Assembly: GCF_006345805.1 (NCBI RefSeq) | Contig: NC_043000.1 | Coordinates: 86,862,001 to 86,926,000 of the forward strand | DNA: 64,000 bases | Direction of reading: 5' to 3' | DNA from: Octopus sinensis | Lineage: Eukaryota | Part shown: positions 25,290-38,216 of the stretch, one piece after another | Layout of the letters: every line of letters starts with the position of its first letter | How positions within the stretch are numbered: position 1 is the first letter of the stretch | Notes under the pieces: model-generated | The model's input: the letters and a program-made list of their open reading frames with translations, nothing else | Told to the model about the DNA's origin: nothing | Database searches by the model: none | Program-made: the position numbers and the translations under genes

Positions 25290-25655
25290 ATCATCATCGT
25301 TTAGCATCCGCTTTCCATGCTAGCATGGGTTGGACGGTTCAACTGGGGTCTGGGAAGCCAGAAGGCTGCACCAGGCCCAGTCTGATCTGGCAATGTTTCT
25401 ACAGCTGGATGCCCTTCCTAACGCCAACCACTCTGTGAGTGTAGTGGGTGCTTTCTACGTGCCAGACGAGGCTGGCAGACGGCCACGCTCGGATGGTGCT
25501 TTTTACGTGCCACCGGCACGGAGGCCAGGTGAGGCTGGCAATGGCCATGATCAGATGGTGCTTTTTACGTGCCATAGGCACGGAGGCCAGTCGGGGTGGC
25601 ACTGGCAACAGCCACGTTCAGATGGTTCTCTTACATGCCACAGGCACTGGTATCC
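25290..25655 (-). mobile_element. RTE 3'-UTR-derived retroposon with three diverged ~62-bp units, nested inside a tRNA-derived SINE (25245-25870)
   Basis: Tail CCAACCCATGCTAGCATGGAAAGCGGA..(TGA)n on the minus strand. The interrupted SINE head (AGCCTAGTGGTTAGGG) resumes after 25655. Confidence 0.75.
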
Positions 25656-26169
25656 CAATTCCTAGACTGGGTGGTGTGTTGTATTCTTGAGTAAAACACT
25701 TCATTTCATGTTGCTCTGCAATCACTTTGACATCTGACATGTGGTACACCATGCACCTGTTCAGGCAATGTCAATTTGATGGTGGGAGTGAGCTAAGGTA
25801 CAACACATACATTTGTTCACTATAAACAAATTATTTGTGCAGGTCATTCAGCAAAAGCTGAACACTCATACATAGTCCTAGATGGGAGAGACCATCACTA
25901 AATAATTAATCTGCTATTCTCGTGGACCATAGAATACAGTTTTATAATCATCTTGATTGGCATACCAAAATATTTTGATTGAAAATAAGTATTGGTAGAA
26001 CATGTATTTTATTCTTGAATACTTTAACCTATACTAACCTATATTTTCTAACTCAAGTGAATTGGATAATTAGTTTCGGTAATCATGATTCTACAACATT
26101 TAAATCTGATAGTAGTTACAAAAGATACAAAAATATATCATTAATGATAGTTTCATATTTGAAGGATAC

Positions 26170-26249
26170 ATCACGGTAAGACATAGGTTTGGGGAATTTC
26201 ACTCCCCAGTAGATGAGTTTTTTATTATCTGCTTCTTTTTCATACAGCT
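26170..26249 (-). CDS. PCTP: PCTP exon 3
   Basis: tttacag|AG CTG TAT...CGT GAT|gtatcc; 80 nt; (E)LYEKEADNKKLIYWGVKFPKPMSYRD vs human ELYEQECNGETVVYWEVKYPFPMSNRD. Confidence 0.95.
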
Positions 26250-27250
26250 CTGTAAACGACATAAGAAAAAGAAAAGAAAAAACAACTAATATTAACACAT
26301 TTGATGGAACAATTATTTTATTTATTTTTAATTGTTAATATCTTTTATTTTAAGACTAAAAAGTAATTCTGTTCAGTGTTCATAGACTATAGTGTTATAA
26401 AATTGTTAACTCTATCAACTTTACATTATATCATATCATTTATAATGCTCATAAACTGACATGTTATAAAACTTTGAAATTAAAATAATAATATATCCTT
26501 TCATTCTCAATATTTTCTTGAATATGATAAAATACAACAGCAATCAGCATATTCATGTTCGAATCTGTCAAAATGTATTACGAATGAATAGGTATGTTAT
26601 TGTTTGAATGCTTGTTGTCCTGTGTGCACCCCATCAATTAATATCTGTTTGGCAGACATCAGCAAATAATTTCATTGTTGATTTCTATAAACAAGAAACT
26701 CATGCTCTTGTTATATTCATGAGTCTGGCAAAGCAGCTTTGACTGAGGAGACACACAATAAATTGAAAATCTATTGTATCTCAAAGTTCTTTTACAGTGG
26801 TAAATCACATGTATTATGGACACACATCATCAAAAGAGACTAGCTAATCTTCAATGATGAAAAACGACAGCAATCAGATATTCCTATTTGAATTTGCCAG
26901 AACATAAGAATGAACAGATGCAGTATTGTTTTGACTCTGTTTTGACTTTCATGCAGCCCATGAATTAAACAATCAACTTTATATCATATATTTTTTACAC
27001 TTTTCATTATTATAAAACTGTGATGTTAAAACTATCAGTTTTTTATTAGATCTTTTTTTTAACATTATGAGAAATGGTGAATTGGCTAAGAGAAAGTTGA
27101 TGTTCCAAGTTTCAGTGCAGACAACAAAATGAAACTTATTCAAAAGAAATATATTTTTATACAATTTGATTTTTTTTAAAAACGTAACTTCACATTACTT
27201 CCTTAACAATAATAACCTTATTACTGTAATCAAGCAACTGATTCACTCAC

Positions 27251-27365
27251 CATGTACATAGTTGTCCCATGTCTTACGATATTCAAGATCCATGTACACC
27301 TGTGAGCATATTTCAGGATCTAAATCCATTTCTCCAAAGACTTTGTACTTGTATAAACCTGAACT
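27251..27365 (-). CDS. PCTP: PCTP exon 2
   Basis: cttttag|AGT TCA GGT...GTA CAT G|gtgagt; 115 nt; SSGLYKYKVFGEMDLDPEICSQVYMDLEYRKTWDNYVH vs human GLYEYKVFGVLEDCSPTLLADIYMDSDYRKQWDQYVK. Confidence 0.95.
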
Positions 27366-28559
27366 CTAAAAGAAATTAGAAATACTGGTAAGAATTTGAA
27401 TACAAGAGTAGAGTCAAAAACTTCACTGTTAAATGTAAATTTGTCTCTAAACTGATACATATTTATTATTACAATATATATATCATTTTATATATCTATA
27501 TTATGTATTATTATTATTATGATTATTACTATTATATATAAAGATGGTGAGTCTGACAGAATCACTAGCATGTCAGAAAACATATTTAGCGACATTTCTT
27601 ACAATTCAGGGTTGATAAATTATAGCATCATTACTGGCCTTGTGCTAAAATTTATAACCATTATTATTATTCTGCCAAAGTTGATTTATCCTTTCATCCT
27701 TTCGGGGTCAATAAAATAAGTCCCAGCTAAGCGTTCGGGTTCATATAATCAACAAGCCCCTCCACCAAAATTTCAGGTTTTGTGCCTGTAGCAGAAAGAA
27801 TTATCGTTATTATCATTATATATTAAGGTGGCAAGCTGGCAGAATCAATAGAATGTAGGAAAAAATTCTTAGTAGCATTTTTCCCAGCTCTTTATATTCT
27901 GAGTTCAATTACCTGCAAGGTCAACTTTGCATTTCATCCGTTCAGGGTTGATAAATCATAGTATCAGTCAAGTACTGGGGTGGATATGATTAACTAGCCC
28001 TATCCTTCTTGTACTAAAATTTGTACTGGCCCTGTGCTAAAATTTGTAACCATTATTATTATTATTATTATCATTATTATTGTGAAAGCACATGGGTTAA
28101 TGGTTAGGGTGTTTCACTCATGATCATAAGATTGAGGTTTTGATTCCTGGACTGGGTGATGCATTATGTTCTTGGGCAAAACACTTCATTTCATGTTGCC
28201 ACTCAACTAGTAAAAATGAGTAATCCTGTAGCAGACAAGAGTCCCATGCTGGCGGGGACAAAATGTATATGCCGCAGAATCTGGGAAACTGGTTTTATGA
28301 TCTTGCTTGTTTGATTATTATCATTAGGTATGTCAGCACAGTCACATATTTCTAAGCTGATGGCTTAGTCGACTAATGTGGATGAGGCTTCTCTTGATTG
28401 TAATGGTGCAAGTGATGTTATTGTTTTTCTCAGGTGCTTACTGCTGATGTTGTTGTATAATGGATCTTTCCTGCTGCTCTTTCTATTGATGCTGTTGATG
28501 TTTGGGATACTGCTGCTCTTGGCATTGATGTTGTTATTGCTGGTGCTTTTGATACTGTT

Positions 28560-28900
28560 GTTGGGGTTGTGTTAAAGGTGTTTGCAATAGCAGGGTTTTT
28601 CCTTTCTTTGCATGGGACAGGAAGCCTTTAAATGGCTTGTCTTCCCACAAACGTCATCTTGGCTTTCTGCTCTTTACTGCTACAAATAACTGCATTCCAT
28701 TAGGGAGGTTGATCAGGCTAGGTACAGCTTTGATAATGCTCAGATCAGAGTGTATCCACATTTCCATATCTGTGCCTGACCAATTTGGCTTTCCCATTTT
28801 GTTGACTTGCAGAATTTTTGTTTTGCTCTCTATGCCATATAATATAATCAGCAAGATGTCCACTTTTGGTGGCACCTCCACTACCTTTATTTTGAACACC
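28560..28900 (-). mobile_element. Degenerate LINE ORF1-like fragment with zinc-knuckle remnant
   Basis: ...QLFVAVKSRKPR* followed by RL.GKTSHLKASCP (CCHC-like). Interrupted. Confidence 0.4.
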
Positions 28901-29889
28901 CTTTGACCAATGTATGCGGGAATTAGGTAGGGATTAGCCTTAATTAACTTTTTTTGGTTAATTCTTCAGTTGAGAATCTTACCCTAACTGTGCCAAAGAG
29001 TTTTCCATGGGCAACATAAGTTTTTAAACTCCAGACAGGTCTTGGGCATTTTCAATCTGGATCTGAATTGCTCATTCCTGTTGCCTGTTCTTTATTGAAA
29101 TACATTTATATACAATGTTTTTTTTTTCTTATTGTTTACCTGTATCTCCTCTGGCATGTTAAGGAAGACTATTCTCCCATTCTTAAATGCACTTTGGTGT
29201 TGCTCAGTGTTTTTTTCTGTCAACTCAACTTTTTTCATTTTGCAACAAGCTTGTGAGAAACCATTTCCATTCTGCTTTGAAATAAAACAGCCATTATTGT
29301 CATTTTATTAATGCTCCTGTTGGATTTGGTGATGGTGTTGATACTGGAGACAGTGGTGGAGGTTGTGCTTGTGTTATTTTAAAATATATCCTGCTCATCA
29401 CTACTGTTTATGATGCTGCTGCTGTCTGAGCTTTGTTTCTTGACCATAACAGCTGTTCCAACAGCTACCACTTCCCTCCATTTGGGAAGCCATATTGATA
29501 TTTTTTGTTTTAAAATGTTAAATTTTTGATTTTAAATCTCAGAATTTTCCCTTAAAGGGCAAATTCTCACCAGACCAGCACATTTCACTTGCAGTGAGCT
29601 GGTTTATTTAACAAACAGCTAAAAAACAGAATTGGAATACCAGCTAATAAAACAACAAATTTTAAAGAAAACTTATGAACTACAAACAAGTATCCATTCC
29701 TTCCAACAAATTTTGGCACAAGGCCAGTAATTTGGGGGAGGGGTAAGTTGATGAAATCTACCCCAGTAATCAACTGGTACTTATTTTATTGACCCCGAAA
29801 GGATGAAAGGCAGAATTTGAATTCAGAACGTAAAGACGTAAATGCCACTAAACATTTTGCCTGGCGTACTCACAATTCTGCTAGCTCAA

Positions 29890-29894
<5 letters not shown>

Positions 29895-29939
<45 letters not shown>

Positions 29940-30090
29940 TAATAATAATAATAATAATAACAATAATAACAATAATAATAATAACAATAATAATAAAAAT
30001 AATAATAACAATAATAATAAAAATAATAACAATAATAATAAAAATAATAATAACAATAATAATAATAATAATAATAAAAATAATAATAAT
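29895..30090. repeat. (AAT)n/(AAC) trinucleotide microsatellite, about 195 bp
   Basis: Direct reading; source of the poly-N and poly-L ORFs. Confidence 0.95.
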
Positions 30091-31374
30091 AATGATTTCA
30101 AATTTTGGCTCGAGGTCAGCAATTTCAGGGGACAGGGGTAAGTTGATTACATTGACCCTGTACTTAACTGGTACTTATTTTATTGACCCCAAAAGGACAA
30201 AAGGCAAAGTCGACTTTGGCAGAATTTGAACATAGAACATGAAGACAGATAAAATGCCATTAAGCATTTCACCTGGTGTACTAACAATTTTGGCAGCTTG
30301 CCACCTTAGTAACAACAATAACAACAATAGTACAGTAAAAATAAGAGTACCATGACAAACTACAGCACATACCAAAGGCACACAGAGCTGTGCTCAGTAG
30401 TGCAGTGAAAGCATGTCATAAAAATAAGACTGCTAAATATTATAATAATTCTGCTTGTCATTCTGTTACTTAGCCCATCAGTAACACTTTCATGTGATTA
30501 GAGAAAAAAAGGGAAAAAGGAAAGGGGGAGAGAGAAGTGCCCATGATGTGAAGTAGAGGGAATGTACTTGTAATGCTTTCACATGATTAGTTGAAGGGAA
30601 AGTGAGGAAGAAGAAAAAGGAGAAAAAGAGTATAAGGCAAAGAGTGACACAGAAAGAGGGAGAAAGAAAAAGAAAGGATGGAGATAGAAGTGTCCATGGT
30701 GTGAAGTAGGGGGAACATAATATTTATTACATGGTTAAAAAAATTAGATGAAAGTAATGATGATATAGAGGAGGAGAGTTAAAAATATAATTTTAGCAGA
30801 TGGGTGATGTTCTTATGATGAGTTTAAAGAAAGGCAGAGAGAGAGAGAGAGAGTGAGGAGGGAGATAATGATGATGGTGGTGGTGGTAATAGTGGAGATG
30901 GAGGTGGTGGTGGTGATTGGATAGTGAAAAGTGCATTTAAAAAAAAAATTGAAGTAACTTTTTTATATCACATATCACTTAACACATGTGCATAAGTGCA
31001 ATTCCATGAAATATTCATGCTTATTTACATGGCAGATATTTGCAATTTAACTAAAGGTTGTATCATATGTACAGGATATTTTTTTTTATTCATGGGAAAA
31101 ATAGAAAAATAAGAGTGCATATTTATTTCATGAGTGCTGTGTATTAAGTCTATAAAATTGTGCATTAAATATATAAAGTGTATATATAAAATGCATTATG
31201 TAATCATCGTATTCCAATTTATTTCACTTCTCAATGAGTAGCAAATGAGCAACTATCTTTCCATACAGACACAACATAGGCTACACTTTCAGGTTTTTTA
31301 GATAAAGTTTTCAGAAATAACTAGGCAGGTATACCATTAATTCCATGAAATATTCATGGATCCTGCTAGTAATG

Positions 31375-31412
<38 letters not shown>

Positions 31413-31413
<1 letters not shown>

Positions 31414-31815
31414 TCTTTAAGAGGGACAAGCAACAGTGCCTAATAATTGATGTGGCAGTGCCAGGAGATCAACATCTTGTCATGAAGTAAAGAGAAAAGC
31501 TTCACAAATATGGAGACCTGAAAGTTGAGATCACCAAGATGGGGCAACTGTCAGATTCAAATGTAAAAGCTAGTTCCTGTTGTCATGGCAGCATAGAGTT
31601 CAATACCATCTAACTTAAAGAAACATCTGGACACTTAAAAAAGTACACTGGAATCTTGGGTTATTGCTGGAATTGGCTTTACTTGGAACTGCACAGTTAC
31701 TGCATTAAGTGCTGGCTATTTGTGGTCCTTATGACTTGACAGACAGCAAAACTCCCCAGTACACACAATATCTTCAATCTACTATATCCCAATATTGGAT
31801 ACTGTGCAATGTCTT
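31413..31815 (+). mobile_element. R4/Dong-clade non-LTR retrotransposon 3' fragment (restriction-like endonuclease) flanked by (TAA)n
   Basis: FKRDKQQCLIIDVAVPGD...EKLHKYGDLKVEITKM...VPVVM...ALLGTA, with stops and frameshifts. (TAA)n lies at 31370-31412 and (CAA)/(TAA)n at 31816-31873. Confidence 0.7.
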
Positions 31816-31904
31816 CAACAACAACAACAATACTAATAATAACAACAATAATAATAATAATAATAATAATAATAGCTACTTTGATGACAATGATCATCAT
31901 CATC

Positions 31905-33645
31905 ATCATCATCATCATTTAACGTCCGCTTTCCATGCTAGCATGGGTTGGACGGTTCAACTGGGGTCTGGGGAGCCCGAAAGCTGCACCAGTCCAGTCA
32001 GATCTGGCAGTGTTTCTACAGCTGGATGCCCTTCCTAACGCCAACCACTCCGAGAGTGTAGTGGGTGATTTTATGTGCCACCGACACAGGTGCCAGACGA
32101 GGCTGGCAAACGGCCACGCTCGGATGGTATTTTTTATGTGCCACCGACACAGGTGCCAGACGAGGCTGGCAGACGGCCACGCTCAGATGGTATTTTTTAT
32201 GTGCCACCGACACAGGTGCCAGACGAGGCTGGCAGACGGCCACGCTCGGATGGTGTTTTTATGTGCCACCGACACAGGTGCCAGACGAGGCTGGCAGACG
32301 GCCACGCTCGGATGGTGTTTTTATGTGCCACCGACACAGGTGCCAGATGAGGCTGGCGAACGGCCATGATCGGATGGTGTTTGTTACGTGCCCACAGCAC
32401 GGAGGCCAGTCGATGCGGAACTGGCTACGGCCATGTTCGGATGGTTCTCTTGTGTGCCACCGGCACTGGTACCACAAAGATACAGATTCCATTGATGTTC
32501 ATCTATTTTGATTTGTTTTGATTTGATTTTCACTTGCCTCAACAGGTCTTCACAAGTGTCACAAGAAGGAAGGTGTGCACAGGTGGACTGACTACGTCCC
32601 AGGTAGGGGCCATGGGTTATGGCCTGACTAGTCTTGCCGGGTCTTCGGATGGTGTTTTTATGTGCCACCGACACAGGTGCTAGATGAGGCTGGCGAACGG
32701 CCACGATCAGATGGTGTTTGTCATGTGCCCACAGCACAGAGGCCAGTCGATGCGGTACTGGCTACGGCCACTTTCGGATGGTTTTCTCTTGTGTGCCACC
32801 GGCACTGGTACCACAAAGATACAAATTCCATTGATGTTCATCTATTTTGATTTGTTTTGATTTGATTTTGATTTTGATTTTCACTTGCCTCAACAGGCCT
32901 TCACAAGTATCACAAGGAGGAAGGTATGCACAGGTGGACTGACTACGTCCCAGGTAGGGGCCATGGTTTATGGCCTGACTAGTCTTGCCGGGTCTTCGGA
33001 AGGTGTTTTTATGTGCCACCGACACAGGTGCTAGATGAGGCTGGCGAACGGCCACGACCGGATGGCGTTTGTTATGTGCCCACAGCACGATGGCCAGTGA
33101 TGCGGTACTGACTACGGCCATGTTCGGATGGATTCTTGTGTGCCACCGGCACTGGTACCACAAGCAGTACTGACTACTTTTTATGTGCCACCGACACAGG
33201 TGCTAGATGAGGCTGGCGAATGGCCACAACCGGATGGTGTTTGTTATGTGCCCACAGCACGATGGCGAGTGATGCGGTACTGACTACGGCCACGTTCGGA
33301 TGGATTCTTGTGTGCCACCGGCACTGGTACCACAAGGATACAAATTCCATTGGTGTTCATCTATTTTGATTTGTTTTGATTTGATTTGATTTTCACTTGC
33401 CTCAGCAGGTCTTCACAAGTGTCACAAGAAGGAAGGTATGTACAGGTGGACTGACTACGTCCCAGGTAGGGCCCACGGGTTATGACCTGACTAGTCTTGC
33501 CGGGTCTTCGGATGGTGTTTTTATGTGCCACCATGTTCCCACAGCACGGAGGCCAGTCGATGCAGTACTGGCTACGGCCACGTTCGGATGGTTTTCTTGT
33601 GTGCCACAGGCACTGGTACCACAAAGATACAAATTCCAAATGATG
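31905..33645 (-). repeat. Higher-order tandem array derived from an RTE LINE 3' end
   Basis: Five consecutive 62-63 bp units (ATGTGCC at 32073, 32136, 32199, 32261, 32323). Larger blocks are marked by GGTACCACAA at 32468, 32807, 33154, 33326 and 33615. A single (TGA)n tail lies at the low-coordinate end. Confidence 0.9.
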
Positions 33646-35846
33646 ATGTAAATATTTCATAAAACATTAAAGCTTTAAGTAATGTTTGTTTTGGTTTTTG
33701 TTATAAGTAGGAATTGGATCAAAAGAAAGAATTTGCAAACAAAAGCAACAAACTAATTATGTATAATTAAGTAGATAGTCTGACTGCAATACTTTAATAA
33801 CAGTGAATAAGTTCATTTTCATAAATGAAAGAAAAGCACCGAAACTGAGCCAAAAGATTTTAATTAATTATAATTACACCTGTGGGGAGAAAAGAGAAAA
33901 ATGAGGACAGTTTTTGCTTTGGTTCTTTATGTTCCCAGTTCAAATCTTGCCACAGCCAACTTTGCCTTTCATTTTGCTGAGGGCTGATGAAACATATACC
34001 AGTCAAGTCCTAGGACTGACTTAATCCATTAGCATTTAAAATGGCCATGTCCAACCTAAATATTCTTATTTGTTTTATGTTCAAACTGGCCAAACCTTGG
34101 CTCTCACATCTATCTATTCTATAATGTCAATCTAAATACAAAAATATTACATAATGGAAATCTTGAAGGTGTGAGATAATGCATGATTAATTCAAAAGAA
34201 TGTGAATAAGTGAGCATTACGTTCAGCAAAGTAATCTGAATACAAATAGGTTAATCAACTGTTAATTTAAGCAAATGTGCAATGTGCTAAATTGTTACAA
34301 GAGAACTCAAATCTCCACCCACCTACATGTAGGATTCTAAAGACAGATGAAATGACAAATTGGTCTGAGTACATCTCATCACTACTATTATTGTCTTTTT
34401 CTAACTCCAACTAAATCATACCTACCCTTTTCTAAAATGTGAGTAAGTATATAGCTACTCTACAGTAAAAAACCTGTTCTGCTCTGGCCCCATCTCTCAA
34501 TCCCTCATCTCTTAGCATAAAGCTATCTTTCTTAGGGATTTATAGTCTTGCAAGCTGCATGGTAACCTTGCTAGTGACGGTAGCATGAAAAAAGAATCCA
34601 GTACACACAGTAAGGTGGTTTGCATTAGGAAAGGCATCCAGCTATAGAAATCATGGCAAAATAGACAATGGAGCACAATTCACCAGATCCTATCAAACTG
34701 TCCAACCCATGCCAACATAGAGCATGGATATTAAAGTGATGATGATGATGATGAAGACCCTATATTACTGCCAACCCACACACACTATAATCTACCTGTA
34801 CACACATACACTCTTTCAAATAGATCTCTTTAAAAAAGAAACGTGCAAAGGTAAAATAAATAATGACAGAAAAATCATCATCTTAATTATTAATTTTCAT
34901 GAAAGAAAGGTAACAACACTAGAATTAGAATTCATTTTAAAATATGGCATGCAGTCTGAGCTTCAGCAATAATAGACAAAACTCTGGGCATGTTTCACTT
35001 TTATTAGATCTCATCAGTGAAACTAGGTTTAACCCAGTGTTTTCCCCCCAAGTTCCCCAAAACCTTACAATTCCAAAAGGTGTTACAAAGTATTCTGCAA
35101 GAAACTGTCGTAAACAGTCTAATTATATGTAAGTACAATTTTGAAGCAGTTTTTTGTTTTTATGTCTATTTTTGAATTTTACTTTGAAAAGGTAAATTTA
35201 TGAAAATATCACTACCAGTGGAAAATTCATGAGGGATATGAAAATTGCTTAAGGCAAATCCATTCTGAACTTAATAATAACAGATGTATGTATGTATATA
35301 AAATCTAGGCAATGTTTCGGTATTAGTACATGATGTCAGTCATGAGTGAGTATGTGTGTGAGTGTGCGTTTGACAGTTCAACTCTGTAGAGGCAGTGTAA
35401 GACAATGTATCATGCAAACTCTTGACATCATAGACTTTTACCGAAAGAGGGCCAAAATCTGTACATGGACAGTAACTGTTATCTTGTCATTTAGTAAGGC
35501 TGAATAATGCTGAATAACATTATTCAACATTATAAAATGACAAGATAACAGTTTCATGAAATTCAAGGTACCACAGCAGCTAATTGTCTTTGATGTACTA
35601 GTTGTGTGTGTGAGAGAGAGAGAGTGGGGGATTCAATAATATCAAATCAACAAGGTCTGCGTTTCTCCCAATTGTTTATCTCCCAATCTTGAAATACATT
35701 GTTTGAATTTTATTGAAGCTTTCTTTTAATAGCAATGACACCTTTGAGGTGTAAAAATAATTGATATCACACACACATACATACAGTAAAGTCCAAGGCC
35801 AGTCAACCTTTCTCTATAAAATATGTACTTTATACAAAAATTAATT

Positions 35847-36348
35847 TTTCAGAGAAACTACATGAGTAGTGAAAATATTTGTTCGGCAATTTCCGTACAT
35901 TTTTTTAAATTTCTTTAATTTTTCTTTCCAGCTGAATTGTTTATTTTTAAGTATTTTTTACGCATGTGCGTGTATGTATGTATATTTGTATATGTTTGTG
36001 TTTATGTGCATGTATGTATATTGTGTACGTGATCTATTTCTTCAATTTTCCCCAGGTGAATCGCTTATGTTTATGTATTTTTTGTGTACGTATGTGTATT
36101 TATGTGGGTGTATGTATACATATTTGTGTGTGCATGTATGTGTATACACATGTATATTTGTGTATGCACATACATACATACATACATACATGCATATACT
36201 TACATACACAAATATATATAAATACACACATAAACACATCATACACAAAAATACATTAACATAAGCTGAAAACAAAAAGAAATAAATAAAAAATTTTTAC
36301 GGAAATTACCGAACAAATATTTTCACTGCTCATATACCTTCTCCGAAA
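35847..36348. mobile_element. About 500-bp MITE with ~50-bp TIRs and a (TG/CATA)n-rich core
   Basis: 35847-35897 (...GTAGTGAAAATATTTGTTCGGCAATTTCCGTA) is the reverse complement of 36298-36348 with about 6 mismatches. Confidence 0.75.
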
Positions 36349-36574
36349 GATTACCCGATTGCCACAAAAGCAAACATTAATATACAATATATGTCTAGCA
36401 TTATCAGATATTTATGCAGTTTATAGTAACAACAAAAGCAGGAAAATACTGTGAATGTCAAAAAACAGTATAAAATATTGATTAAAAATGACGTATGAAT
36501 TAGTGCAAAGTCTAATTACATTTCAGATTAGATAAAACTCTCACTAGTGGTAAATTTGATATATTATCTCTCAT

Positions 36575-36780
36575 AAGGTGGCATGCTGGCAGAATAGTTA
36601 GCACGCCGAGCAAAATACTTAACGGCACTTCATTCTGAGTTCAAACTACGCCAACATCGATTTTTGCCTTTCATCCGTTCGGGGTCGATAAAATAAATAC
36701 CAGTTGAGCACTGGAGACCGATGTAATCGATATACCCACTCCCCCGAAATGACTGGATTTGCACCAAAATTTGAAAGCAA
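36575..36780 (+). mobile_element. tRNA-derived SINE, family A. Further copies at about 4860-5040, 5340-5740, 5930-6130, 21560-21760, 27540-28060, 29690-29890, 30100-30310, 40130-40340 and 53200-53700
   Basis: A-box-like GGTGGCATGCTGGCAGAATAG, B-box GAGTTCAAAC, and a conserved GGGTCGATAAAATAA.TACCAGT body. Confidence 0.8.
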
Positions 36781-37139
36781 TATATTATCTACTTCAGTTT
36801 GTGAAGGATGTTTGAAGTACAAACGTTAATTTGTTTATAGCAACAAGAATCACCCATTCAAATAAACAAGGACACCGCTAGTAGTTAAATAAGGGCATTC
36901 CTACAGATTAGTACCCCACTAATTTAGTTTCTTCATAACTCTTTAAAAAATGCTTGTTTTTAATAGAAGTTTGCAGATATGTATTTTCGATGATGAAGAT
37001 TACAATTGTATTCAAATCGTTCTTAAGCGCAAATCGCCACGACCAACAATTTCCGCCACAGAAGCATTTACTTTTTTTGGGGGGGTTTTTTTCAGATTTA
37101 TAAGTTTGAAACAACAAATCATCAACATAACGTAGTATA

Positions 37140-37380
37140 CACTCACCAAAAATATTTCTGCAAAATGTCATTTAAAAATATTCATTTTACAGAAAGTTAT
37201 GAGAAAACAAATTCGGAAAGTGTGAAACTGATCCGAAACTTCCTTTTACAAAAATTTCAATTTTGTCAACATAATTGTAATCCACACACTGGAAAATGTA
37301 TCTCTGTAAAGTTTCATTTTTAAAATATACATTTTTCAGAAAGTTATGAGGAAATAGATTCAGTGGGATCCCAAACTGTA
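37140..37380 (+). repeat. Modular dispersed repeat, also at about 38860-39080 (+) and as about 135-bp tandem modules at 59775-60090 (opposite orientation)
   Basis: Shared ATATTTCTGCAAAA...CATTTT..A.AAAGTTATGAG...TTGTCAACATAA..GTAATC motifs. Confidence 0.55.
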
Positions 37381-38090
37381 GTTATACCTATTAGAAAAGG
37401 TTTCTATTCCTCGAAGCCCTCCAAATATTATCACAGATTTATATTTAAAAAATGTACTTGACAGAGTGAAAACAACGATTTATTATTTGAAAAGTATCAT
37501 AAAAATAAGCTTGTGTATGAGAAAGTAGTAAAACTTAATGTTCGATGTAAACAAAACAGAGGAAATGAAACTGTAATACATAAATAAAGGATTTCTATGG
37601 CAATATTCCACACAACGCAGTCAGAAAACGCAGACTTGAATGGTGTATAAATAATTATGTTAAAAGACTACGGAAGCTGTAAGAACAGTAGAGACAAATG
37701 TATATGCTTTTATAGTCATGGCAGTTAGTAATTACATATATATATAAATATATGATTTATTGCAATGTAGATATATATGTTGTCCTAAATGGATTTCCAT
37801 ATCTGGGTAGCATGAGGTGACCACCCCAAATATGTCATTTCTGACATTTGTGTGGAAAAAGTTCGTCTGCCAAAATCTGTTTCTATTTACTTCCTCGAGT
37901 GACACACGATCAGTAAATTAATTACAATAATTTCAGGTTGGGTGAGATCATGATATTTGCTCAACAAAGTGTGAAGCCTCGCCAAAAGGAATTGTTTTTT
38001 GTTGTTTTTTTACCCAACTCATGTGAATCGTGTTTACATATCCAGTAGATTTATTTATATATTTTTGATTTCCTATATAATCATACTCAC

Positions 38091-38216
38091 AGCATTATAT
38101 GATCTGTAGATTTTCATTCCGTGTGATTCGGTAAAAAATTCCCATTCTTCTAATTTCGGTTCGTCTAATTCCTCACACGCTGCCGTAAATTCCGAATCTT
38201 CAAACAATGCCGCCAT
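38091..38216 (-). CDS. PCTP: PCTP exon 1 (start codon)
   Basis: AAAATGGCG...AAT GCT|gtgagt; 126 nt; MAALFEDSEFTAACEELDEPKLEEWEFFTESHGMKIYRSYNA vs human SFSEEQFWEACAELQQP...WQLLVETSGISIYR. The six exons total 651 nt (216 aa plus stop) with compatible phases. Confidence 0.93.

Larger units (their letters stand above)
21406..26169 (-). other. U12-type (minor spliceosome) GT-AG intron, PCTP intron 3 (4764 bp)
   Basis: 5' splice site GTATCCTTC. Branch-site CCTTAAC (21423-21417) ends 11 nt before the 3' end of the intron (ccaatattcag), with no polypyrimidine tract. Confidence 0.85.

Noticed and set aside
29842-30141. Poly-Asn / poly-Leu ORFs
   Set aside because: (AAT)n microsatellite.
32073-32135. 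HDV-like ribozyme in the 62-bp unit (CCAGCCTCG..CTGG resembles HDV P3/L3 on the minus strand)
   Set aside because: Could not find the P1 and P2 pairings or a proper C-N-A-A J4/2 segment by eye. A covariance-model search would settle it.
32060-32400. CRISPR-like appearance of regularly spaced hairpin units
   Set aside because: Units are wholly repeated with no unique spacers, the context is eukaryotic, there are no cas genes, and the units derive from an RTE 3' UTR.
36575-36660. tRNA gene candidates from A/B-box motifs (many sites)
   Set aside because: No cloverleaf; each continues into a shared SINE body.
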